NCBI GenBank assembly: GCA_964016885.1
Contig: OZ024742.1
Coordinates: 114,452,001-114,516,000 of the forward strand
Direction of reading: 5' to 3'
Origin: Eledone cirrhosa
Taxonomy: Eukaryota
DNA: 64,000 nucleotides
Shown piece after piece: positions 53,392 through 64,000 of this stretch. The stretch's first letter is position 1. Each line of letters starts with the position of its first letter. Both the position numbers and the translations under genes were made by a program. Below the pieces are notes generated by a model that was given only the letters and a program-made list of their open reading frames with translations, made no database searches and was not told where the DNA came from.

Positions 53392-53417
53392 TATGTATGT
53401 ATATGTGTATATATATA

Positions 53418-55170
53418 TGTCCACAGGAGAGGAATACGTTGCATGAGGAGCTTAGGGATGTAAAATCACGTGTTAGTTGGAGTCTTTCTCAGATGAAGGA
53501 TCAGTGGTGGAGTGAGAAGGCTGGTGAGATACAAACTGCGTCTGATTCCAATAACACAAAGCTGTTGTACAGTCTCTTGCGTGAGGTTTATGGACCGTCT
53601 TCTTCTCTGGTGACACCGCTTCGCAGCAAGGATGGCAAAGTACTTCTTCGTGACTCACAGGGAATTCTACGAAGGTGGCGAGAGCACTTTGATGATCTTT
53701 TGAATCAGCCGTCTGTCGTCAGTGAAGATTTCCTCAATCTCATTCCAGAAAGTCTTGTGAAAGTAGCTCTCGCAGAACCTCCGACGCTTGTGGGGGTTGC
53801 AGTGGCTATTTCGAAGCTGAACAGTGGAAGATCTCCAGGTATGGATGGCATACACACTGAGCTCCTACAATATGGTGGTGAGAGACTCCTGCAACATCTT
53901 CACTCTTTGTTTGGAAGGATATGGGCTAATGAATCCGTACCTGAGAACTGGAGAGATGCAGTAATGGTGGTCTTGTACAAGGGAAAGGGTAACAGGAATG
54001 ATTGTGGGAACTGCAGAGGTATATCATTGCTTTCTGTCGTAGGGAAAGTTGTATGTAGGGTGCTTCTGGACCGTCTGCTGACACACATTGCAGATTGTGT
54101 TCTTCCTGAAAGTCAATCTGGTTTTCGTGCTGGACGCGGCACTACTGATATGATCTTCTCAGCTAGACAGCTCCAGGAGAAGTGCATTGAACAAGGCTTG
54201 GATCTGTATCAGATTTTTGTCGATCTGACAAAGGCTTTCGATACTGTCAACAGAGATGCATTATGGAAGGTTCTCCAGAAAGTTGGTTGCCCTGATAAGT
54301 TCCTTGCTTTAGTTATGTCTTTCCATGACGATATGAAGGCTTGGGTTAATGTCGGAGGTAACATGTCGGAGCCTATCTCAGTAAAAAATGGAGTGAAACA
54401 GGAGGATATTCCAGCAACGACCCTGTTTCCCATATACTTTGCAATGGTTTTCTGTATTGCATTCAGGAATTGCGAGCATGGTCTTTACATCCGAATCGAA
54501 CCTCAGGCAGCATATTTAACATCAGGCGCTTTGCTGCGAAGACAAAAGTATTTACATCTATCATAAGAGACCTCTTGTATGCAGATGATTGCGATCTTGT
54601 AGCGCACACAGAGAGTGATATGCAGCGCATTTTGAATGCATTTTCTGACGCTTGCCCTGCCCTGGGTTTGACTGTCAGTCTCAAGAAAACCGTCGTCATG
54701 TACCAACCTGCCCGTAGTAAGCAGCACACTGAACCAAACATCTATGTGTATGGCAAACGACTTTGAGTGGTTGATCAGTTTGTCTACCTGGGAAGCACTG
54801 TCAATCGATACGGCAACCTTGACAGTGAAATCTCACTTAGGATTAGGAAAGCAAGTGATGCTTTCGGAAAGCTAGAAAGGCGACTCTGGGGTCGGCGAGA
54901 CCTATGCAGGAGGACAAAGGTAAGGGTGTACAGGGCATGTATACTCTGGTTAAAGGAAAACGACCGCCACATAAACCAACAAAGAGGTATAAGGATTCCT
55001 TGAAAGCCTCTCTGAAAGACGCTAACATCTCTGCTGATACATGGGAAAATATTGCTGCTGATCGTAATAAATGGAGAAAGACTGTATATGTGGGAAAAGT
55101 TGCCTTTGAGGCATCTCGAATCGCACACGAGAAAGTAATGCGGGATGTGAGGAAGGGCATTGTTGTTGCA
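53418..55170 (+). mobile_element. RTE-clade LINE fragment (5'-truncated, internal deletion in the C-terminal region)
   Basis: [63 protein letters not shown]. Confidence 0.9.
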
Positions 55171-55189
55171 TATATATATTTAATATATA

Positions 55190-56685
55190 TATTTAATACA
55201 ATAACAGAGATAGCTTAACGCTAAACTCCGACTGGTAACCATCTCACTCAACAAACATTATGTTATATGTTAGTATAACCCAATTTAAGTGTTTGGGGTG
55301 CTAACTATATATTGTGGAAAGCCAGTTGTATTATTTTATGAGATATAATTAAAGTTAAAATATATCTCTTTTTCCAAACAATTGTTTCATTATGAGTTTT
55401 CTACAAGTTGGGAGAATGTTTCCAGTTTATGTAGAAGCCTAACATATGTTCATGTAAGAATATATTTAGGTGGTCACTTATAAATCTTCAGTGGAAGCCC
55501 ATTAAACTTTGATATAAGAAAAAATTCTTACCGCAGTTAAAAAACGTGTCTGCTAAGCTGCTCCCCCACGCATCGAATGACCGCCAAATTTGAAATACCA
55601 GCAGTCTTTTGACTGAGGAAGTTTAATAGCGTCACGAAGCGGGAATGGGAGACAACCCCGATACACGAGAAGAGAAAAAAATAATATACACTCCGGTTAA
55701 TTAGTTTGTTCAAAAACATTATCAATCCAACGTGTTAAGAACTCAATTGAAATTAAAAAAATAAGTGTATGCGTGTATTAAATACACACGCATATAGATA
55801 TTTCCTTAGGCTAAAAACAGAAGTGATACCAGAATAAAGAACCGCATCACATCACCGCAGCAAATACGGAAGGTTACGCTTTAAAGGCAATTGGGAATGT
55901 AAATCTCTGGCCAAATTAAGAGTAAAATATTTAACACACGCGGGTTAATTAGTTATTTAAAATTATTATCAATTTCACGTGTTAAGAACACAATTAATTT
56001 TAAAAAATAAATGTATGCATGTAATTATTTACACACGCATATATATTTTTTCTTAGGCTAAAAACAGAGAAGTGGCAACCAAAAAATCTTCACATCTCAC
56101 AACAGTAACAAATACGGAAAGTCACTTTTATAAGGTACCTGTAAATAAATACCTCTGGCCAAATCAAGAGTAACATATTTAATACAATATCAGAGATAGC
56201 TTAACGCTAAACTCCGATTGGTAACCATCTCACTCAACAAACATTAGGTTATATGTTAGTATAACCCAATTTCAGTATTTGGGGTGCTAACTATATGTAT
56301 TTTGTGGAAACCCAGTTGTATTATTTTATGAGATATAATTAAAGTTAAAATATATCTCTCTTTCCAAACAATTGTTTCATTATATGTTTTCTACAAGTTG
56401 GGAGAATGTTTCCAATTTATGTAGAAGCCTAACATATATTCATGTAAGAATATGTTTAGGTGGGCACTTATAAATCTTCAGTGGAAGCCCATTAAACTTT
56501 GATATAAGAAAAGAAATTCTTACCGCAGTTAAAAATCGTGTCTGCTAAGCTGCTCCCCCACGCATCGAATGACCGCCAAATTTTAAATACCAGCAGTCTT
56601 TTGACTGAGGAAGTTTAATAGCGTCACGAAGAGGGAAAGGGAGACAACCACGATACACGAGAAGAGAAAAAAATAATATATATTA
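55190..56685. repeat. Non-coding element, unit about 990 bp in about 1.5 tandem copies with an internal duplication of about 245 bp
   Basis: 55190-55690 repeats at 56179-56685; 55690-55935 aligns with 55935-56180. Confidence 0.88.
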
Positions 56686-56699
56686 TATATATATAAATA

Positions 56700-59600
56700 A
56701 TGAATAATAACAGGTAGACATCATAAAAAGGTAATTTATTCTGTGACCATACAAATGTTTCAACGGTGGTTATACAGCCTAGTTATGCGCTGTGCAAATT
56801 TATAACTATTTGCAAAACTCAATTATCAAATGCTGTGACCACTGTATCATCAAAGCAGAATTGTTCAAATGTACAATGTAAATACCCTTAAGTGAGGTTA
56901 TTGGGGAAGATAGAGTAGAAAAGGAAGTGAGAAAAGAAGGGGAGAGGGAAAGAGAGATATGCAGGTGTTGGAGAAATGGGAGAGAATGTTTTGTAGATAT
57001 CCTAATCAAAATGTTGTGGTAGGGTTTTATTATACTGGTTACTCTTAAAACGACCACCTTAAACGATGCGTTGATAGTCAAGGTTGGAATTATTTATTTC
57101 TCCAGAAGGCAGGTTCATAGATGTGGAGAGGGAGGGGGAGGTGGACCTAGAGCGCGTGAGAGAGAGAGAGTGGAATGGATAGAGAGGGAGAGATAGAGAT
57201 GGGACATACGAAAGTTATGGGGTGGGTGTACATTGAGTTCATAGTAGTAATCTACAAATTGCACTAAATTTTCATTTATAGTGATAAGCAGGGTATTGTC
57301 TTGTAGTGTGGGGGAAAGAGAAAGTGGTTAGCTAGTAAGCAATGTTATAGTTATGGGTTCGAATGTTAAGTTATTTTATAGTGAGAGAATTTAGCGTTAC
57401 TTTATGGTTGTAGTATAATGATCGTTCGATTTTATCATTTAGTAATTTAGTTTTGGATTTTAATATGTAAAAGAGTTCAAGGTTACATAACCTACAGTAC
57501 TTCAATCCACTCCGATATGCACTAGCGTTGGAAAGTATATCCCATTTCAAGGTGAACTGTTGATTGCGTTCACGGAGTTGACAGGTCTTGTTGGTGCGCA
57601 AAACGGTGATCAGATGTTTAATTAGGAATCGATGACAATTCCAGCGAGATTTAAAGGAGGTAGTGGTAGACCCGATGTAATACCATTTATGGTCGTTCGA
57701 TTCAACAGTGCATTGGTAAACAATGTTGGAATTTAGGCATTTATTATTCAATGGACATATTTCAGGTAGGTGGCAGTTACAGTTGTTGTGGGTAGCGGGT
57801 ATACATTGGATAGGTTGTGATAGTAGTACAGGTGGGTTGTGTAATACCTGTCTCCCATTTAGTGGTTGGGAGGCCGATATTACGTTATGCTCATCTGTTA
57901 TTAAAATATTTTGTTTTGTCGTGTTGTTTAATTGCTTTAAGTTAAGTTTTCTTATGTATGCTTCAAGGTTTGGTGCCGTGGAGTATGATAGTTTAATAGA
58001 TTTAGAGTTCACAATTTTACTGTATTTATGGGAACTAGGGAAATGCTTGTTAATTAACTTAAAGAATGAAATAAATAGTTTTCTACTAATCGAAGTTTTA
58101 AAATGGGATTATACCAGATATACTTTCTACAACGTGATTTATTTGGTGATGATTTTCTATTATTAGTATGTCTGGTGGTACTGCGTGTGTGCGCTTGTAT
58201 TTCAGTACTCCGGTTACGTATTCCTTGATTTCGTGTAGAGCAATGTGTGTTATGGCGATTCTTATCAATGTATTCTATTGTATCCCGGTGGTTGGCATTC
58301 CTTAATGCATTATTATAATATTCACCATGATCACTAAAAATCTCAGAGTCAGACGATAGGCGAGAGATTCTAAGTGGAATACTACGGGGAACGGATTTCA
58401 TCATGGAAAGTGGGTGGTTTGAGTTGAAATTGATATAGGTAAGGTTCTCATTTATCTTGTGGAAGGGTCGTATCAGTCCGATATTTAAATTAAGAGTTAC
58501 GTCTAGAAAATTTACTACTTTAAGATTGTATTCGTACGTTATTTGTAGACCCAGATCACTAAACTATTTTCTAATGTTTTTATGTAGCCTTTCAAGTTTT
58601 GGTTATTTAAGTTATTAACTAATAAGAGGCCGTCATCTCTATATATTCCCCCCTGTAGATTACTAAATTTACCATGTAGTATGTGAGCTATGTAAATTCC
58701 CACAAGATCGGTGACCTCCGCTGAGCCGTTGGAGCCCATGGTAATGTCGAAGTTTGATGGTCTGTCTTACGCTCCCAGTAGCAGTTATCCAACTTGATAA
58801 TAGTTTTTCTAGCCTCTAGAATAATATTCATTTCGTCCTCCGTTAGGTCGGAATTGACTTTAGCAAACTATAGGGCCTTACCTAAAGTGCCGTGTGAGAT
58901 TGAAGAGTAGTATTCGTCTATGTGAAATTGTATGAACTTAGATTTATTCTTGTTCTTAACGTTATTAAACCAGCGAATTGCTTCGCTAGTCTTGCCCCAT
59001 AATTTAATTGTTATTTTATTTTGCAATTGAGTTATTACTCTGTCAAGTATATGTTTGCTAATTTTTCCTATGTCTGATTTAGAAAGGCATATAAGTCTAA
59101 ACTTAGGGTTAGAGTCAACATTTACCTTATGGTCCTTCAGGTTAAAGGCGGGTGTTGTGGGTATAATCGCCTCGGTTCTATCGTCTATCTTGAGATTCTT
59201 CACCACCTTTTATGCCTCGTTGTTAATATTTGCTAGCGTAGTTTCACTTGTTTTCCTATATTATTTGTGTAGTTCCTTGCGTATGAAGATGTTGTATGTA
59301 TCGATATCCATGCTATACACGTTAGAGGCTTGTCAGCTTTCATAACAATTCCATTGGTATTTTGCAGTCTTCGGAGTAGTGCTTTCATGTTGCTCTGCAG
59401 CTCATTACTTCTATGTTTAGTAAACTTAATGTTCGTGGTCTTATTCATTAAGTCTTGTTCGAAAGCATCGATATGGGGGTTTGTGGGTGGGTTTTTACAT
59501 GATTTAAAACCATATGATTCAGACGAGTGACTCGCGTGTCCCTTATCGAAATGGAAAGCCTTCCATCGTAAATGCCAAATGAAGTCATTATTGTGGTGTA

Positions 59601-60114
59601 TCATACCAAGAATGTATTCACTTTTGTAAGGTATAGGTAAGTTTTAAGTGAAATACCTATATGATGCCTTTCCATATTAATGCCGTATGTCGGTGTGGTT
59701 GCTCAACTGTGTAGGGGGCGATTATTAGGTATAGGATTATCCTGGATGCAGTAATGGTTAATTACTACACTGGATAGAGTTGACGTACGGTGAGAGGTTA
59801 CTCAACGAGTTATGGAAGAATTGTTGAAGAAACTTAGTTCCTGATCCTTCTGTATTCCGGAGTGTAGATAAAGAATGAATAATAACAGGTAGACATCATA
59901 AAAAGGTAATTCATTCTGTGAGCTTACCAATCTTTCAACGGTGGTTATACAGACTAGTTATGCTATGTGCAAATGTATAACTATTTGTAAAACTCAATTA
60001 TCAAATGCTGTGACCACTGTGTCATCAGAGCAGAATGGTTAAAATGTACAATGTAAATACCCTTAAGTGAGGTTATTGGGGAAGATAGAGTAGAAAAGGA
60101 AGAGAGAAAAGAAG

Positions 60115-60192
<78 letters not shown>

Positions 60193-60821
60193 TGCTGGGG
60201 TTGGAGAAATGGGAGAGAGTGGTTTGTAGATATTTTAATCAAAATGTTGTGGTAGTGGTTTTATTATACTAGTTACTCTTAAAGCGACTACCTTGAGCGA
60301 TGCGTTGATAGTCAAAGTTGGAACTATTTATTGCCCCACATAGATATGGAGAGGGGGGAGGGGGACCTAGAGCGAGAGAGAGAGAGATTTGAATGGATAG
60401 AGAGGGAGAGATAGAGAGCGGACAGACGAAAGTTATGGGGTGTGTGTACATTGAGTTCATAGTAGTAATCTACGATTTGCATTAAGTTTCCATTTATAGT
60501 GATTAGCAGGGTATTGTCTTGTAGTGTGGGGGAAGAGAAAGTGGTTAGCTAGAACTCAATGTTATAGTTACGGATTCGAATGTTAAATTATTTTATAGTA
60601 TAACCAGTTTGTGGTTGTAGTATAATGATCGTTCGATTCTATCATTTAGTAATTTATTTTTGGATTTATTATTCATTCTTTATCTACACCCCGGAATACA
60701 GAAGGGTCAGGAACTAAGTATCTTCAATAATTCTTCCATAACTCTTTGAGTAACCTCCCACCGTAGGTCAACGCTATCAGTGTAGTAATTAACCATTACT
60801 GCATCCAGGATAATCCTATAC

Positions 60822-60826
<5 letters not shown>
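56700..60826 (-). mobile_element. Full-span Naiad PLE with direct pLTRs (56701-57460 and 59876-60667) and an inverted 5' UTR copy (60666-60826)
   Basis: Frameshifted ORF about 59675 to 57371: HLRWKAF, YGFKS, KADK, LKDHK..KFRLI, FDITMGS, IYRDDGL, CNCHLPEICPL, YYIGST, CRLC; (TA)n flanks. Confidence 0.92.
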
Positions 60827-60904
<78 letters not shown>

Positions 60905-60906
<2 letters not shown>

Positions 60907-61499
60907 AAAAAATGAAACGAAATTTCATTTCACACTCTTAGTACGGCTGTTACTTAAATATAAGTATGTACACGTACATACATATATTTATACAGACGTA
61001 CAGTAGTATGTATATATACATACATGCATACATATATATATATATATGTACGTATGGATTCACCGAACATTTATTATAATGCCCGGTGTGTTTGTAAACA
61101 AACATCCCGTATTAAGCCGTAGTGTCTAGCAACCATCGTTGCTCGTTTGTTCAACACTGACAAAGGAACGCTGTACTAGTTTCAAGCTTATTAGCTATCG
61201 TCAGCAACGTAGACCTTCCTGCCAGATTGTTGAACGTATATACTTAACTTATGCATATTAATGTCTGAGTAGCCCAAGTTGCATATCGAGTACAGCGTTC
61301 CTCTGTCAGTGTTGAACAAACGAGCAACGATGTTTGCTAGACACTACGGCTTAATACAGGATGTTTGTCTACAAACACACCAGGCATTATAATAAATGTA
61401 CGGTGAATCCATACGTACATATATATATGTATGCATGTATGTATATATATATACATACTACTGTACGTCTGTATAAATATATGTATGTACATGTACATA

Positions 61500-61502
<3 letters not shown>
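60905..61502. mobile_element. Foldback copy of the 430-nt retrozyme (minus arm 60905-61291, plus arm 61289-61502)
   Basis: Left arm is the reverse complement of about 52762-53150; right arm matches about 52877-53095. Confidence 0.88.
61169..61209 (-). ncRNA. Minimal type I hammerhead ribozyme
   Basis: Minus strand CGTTG CTGACGA T AGCT aata AGCT T GAAA CTAG TA CAGCG, with a perfect 4-bp stem II. Confidence 0.85.
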
Positions 61503-61531
<29 letters not shown>

Positions 61532-61534
<3 letters not shown>

Positions 61535-63311
61535 CGTTTCTGAATTTGTTTAGCAAGATTCTTTATCTGAAATCGTGTGTTGAAACCGATATTGTTATAC
61601 TTTGGGAGGGTCATGTTGCCAATAAGAAACACACGCACCAGTTGCTTTCACTTCAATTTATTATATATTTATAAATTTATAAATCTACAAACTTATAAAT
61701 TATAAATTTCTGGTTGGTTGGTTGGTTGGTTCCACAACCAGATAGTTGTTTATATATATAGTCATAGTCCTTTCGTCACACACTCTGTGACCTCTTCAGT
61801 GACTGAGGATCCCTTTCTTCATTTCTGTGCCTTTCCTTTCTTCTATCCTACGCCATTTTGTTTCTGTGTGTGTGTTGTGTGCTCAGTTTGCGCATGCGCC
61901 ACATCCGGGTGTCTGTGTGTGTGTGTTCATTTTTCTATTTTTCTATTTGTTTATTTATTTATTTATTTATTGTTGGTTGGTTGTTTGTTCTATGTGTGTG
62001 TGTGTTTTCATTTTGTCCTGTGTGTGTTTTCATTTTGTGTGTGTTTTCAATTGTAAGTTGTTTGTTCTATGTGTGTGTGTGTGTTTTCATTTTGTCCTTA
62101 ATTGTAAGTTGTGATGTTGCTGTTCCACTCATATTTTCTATTTAATTTTGGTTTTAATTCTTTTATGCTTACTGCCTCTGTAATTTGCCTAAACATTGCG
62201 TCTTTTCTGTGTGTGGATTCTATTTTTATTTCTATGCTCTCTAATCTAACCCTGTGTTCTATCTTAGCATGTTGGTAGAGCACAGATGATTCTTTATTAT
62301 CTTGGAGGTCTCGCCAGTGTTCATTTATTCGTTCCCCTATACTACGAGCTGTCTCACCTATGTACACTATATTTTTTGTTTCTACATTGTCCTTCAGTAC
62401 ATCTTATGCTATACACTACATTTCTAGTTTTACAGTTAATATGGGGGCTCATTTTACAGTTAATATGGGGGCTTATTGTAAAATAAGCCCCCATATTAAC
62501 TGTAAAACTAGAAATGTAGTGTATAGCATAAGATGTACTGAAGGACAATGTAGAAACAAAAATATAGTGTACATAGGTGAGACAGCTCGTAGTATAGGGG
62601 AACGAATAAATGAACACTGGCGAGACCTCCAAGATAATAAAGAATCATCTGTGCTCTACCAACATGCTAAGATAGAACACAGGGGTAGATTAGAGAGCAT
62701 AGAAATAAAAATAGAATCCACACACAGAAAAGACGCAATGTTTAGGCAAATTACAGAGGCAGTAAGCATAAAAGAATTAAAACCAAAATTAAATAGAAAA
62801 TATGAGTGGAACAGCAACATCACAACTTACAATTAAGGACAAAATGAAAACACACACACACACATAGAACAAACAACTTACAATTGAAAACACACACAAA
62901 ATGAAAACACACACACACATAGAACAAACAACCAACCAACAATAAATAAATAAATAAATAAACAAATAGAAAAATAGAAAAATGAACACACACACACAGA
63001 CACCCGGATGTGGCGCATGCGCAAACTGAGCACACAACACACACACAGAAACAAAATGGCGTAGGATAGAAGAAAGGAAAGGCACATAAATGAAGAAAGG
63101 GATCCCCAGTCACTGAAGAGGTCAAAGAGTGTGTGACGAAAGGACTATGACTATATATATAAACAACTATCTGGTTGTGGAACCAACCAACCAACCAGAA
63201 ATTTATAATTTATAAGTTTGTAGATTTATAAATTTATAAATATATAATAAATTGAAGTGAAAGCAACTGGTGCGTGTGTTTCTTATTGGCAACATGACCC
63301 TCCCAAAGTAT

Positions 63312-63317
<6 letters not shown>
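61532..63317. mobile_element. PLE family A near-perfect palindrome of about 1.8 kb (centre near 62480), with GIY-YIG and pLTR on each arm
   Basis: Arms 61590-62478 and 62483-63317 are reverse complements; HHR-like AGTCA CTGAAGA G GTCACA gagtg TGTGAC GAAA ggac TA TGACT at 61760-61804 (-) and 63108-63152 (+, one mismatch). Confidence 0.93.
62480..62836 (+). pseudogene. PLE GIY-YIG endonuclease fragment (mirror copy at 62098-62480 on the minus strand)
   Basis: INCKTRNVVYSIRC...VYIGETARSIGERINEH...QITEAVSIKELKPKLNRKYEW. Confidence 0.9.
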
Positions 63318-63391
<74 letters not shown>

Positions 63392-63394
<3 letters not shown>

Positions 63395-63643
63395 TAGGAG
63401 GTGAGTTTTATTGTAGTACAATAAAGCAATGCAGATATCGGATAAGAAGCACTCTACAGTTTGTAGGACTGGAGTATACATAATATATAAGATCAAAAGA
63501 TGGTCAAAATAGTTCCATGTATTTTATTATGCGCATTTCAAAAACAAATATCATCATGCAATAACATTTGTGTTTTCATCAGATAAAATAGGAAGACATG
63601 ATATGAAGGTTAAAAAACACTTGTGAATAGTGCAGTTTTAAAT

Positions 63644-63647
<4 letters not shown>
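63392..63647 (-). mobile_element. Family B HHR element, single copy of about 255 bp (HHR at 63522-63588)
   Basis: Homologous to 3252-3660; minus strand TTTTAT CTGATGA...GAAA TGCGCA TA ATAAAA. Confidence 0.85.
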
Positions 63648-63680
<33 letters not shown>

Positions 63681-64000
63681 TTTATTTATTTATGTGTTTT
63701 CCGAAAGAGCTTGGTACGTAGTGACCGTATGTTCACATTGTGTGAAAGAGTTTTGTTTGCATTTTGCCTCTTTTGAGTGAAGACAAATATTTATGTATTC
63801 TCTTTCAAAATATATATGTATCTATTTTTCTATAGAGAAAACATTTTATATTAAAGCACATCAAAGGTTAAAATAACACTCTGTACTCATGAACACTGAA
63901 AAGGTTTCATTTTTTTTCAGTGAATGCATGAATAGAACTTCATATTCCTTTGATACAAATTAAAACATTTTAATTAAACACAAAGCCAAACTAGATATTA

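Noticed and set aside
61590-61910. Alternative that the A-rich copies were G-to-A (APOBEC-type) hypermutated
   Set aside because: Independent copies at 48.8, 50.3 and 61.7/63.1 kb share A, and A restores the canonical hammerhead core.
62360-62836. 158-aa ORF as a standalone GIY-YIG gene
   Set aside because: Its N-terminus is the antisense of the other palindrome arm read through the apex.

Overview
AT-rich, microsatellite-saturated eukaryotic DNA with no recognisable host protein-coding gene. The two tRNA-derived SINEs resemble octopus SINEs as I recall them, so a coleoid cephalopod source is an inference. Almost all of the window is retroelement-derived: four Naiad-type Penelope-like elements (PLEs; YRDD-type RT and/or CNC..CPL..C plus GIY-YIG), a second PLE group forming foldback palindromes, four R4/Dong-like RLE LINEs (the two best preserved sit in (TAA)n), two tandem Tx1-like LINEs in (ATCT)n, two RTE and two CR1-group pieces, a Helitron end and a tRNA-Leu pseudogene. 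Between the (TA)n tracts are many small non-coding elements carrying type I hammerhead ribozymes (HHRs) in tandem or inverted copies (retrozyme-like), with different families using different palindromic loop-3 sequences. Main observations: (1) the PLE copy at 2416-3000 differs from sister copies almost only by sense-strand A-to-G changes, shared by both palindrome arms and destroying its HHR, consistent with an ADAR-hyperedited RNA reverse-transcribed into the genome; (2) a foldback junction at about 61290 maps to a predicted HHR cleavage site. All alignments and folds were done by eye; boundaries are approximate.
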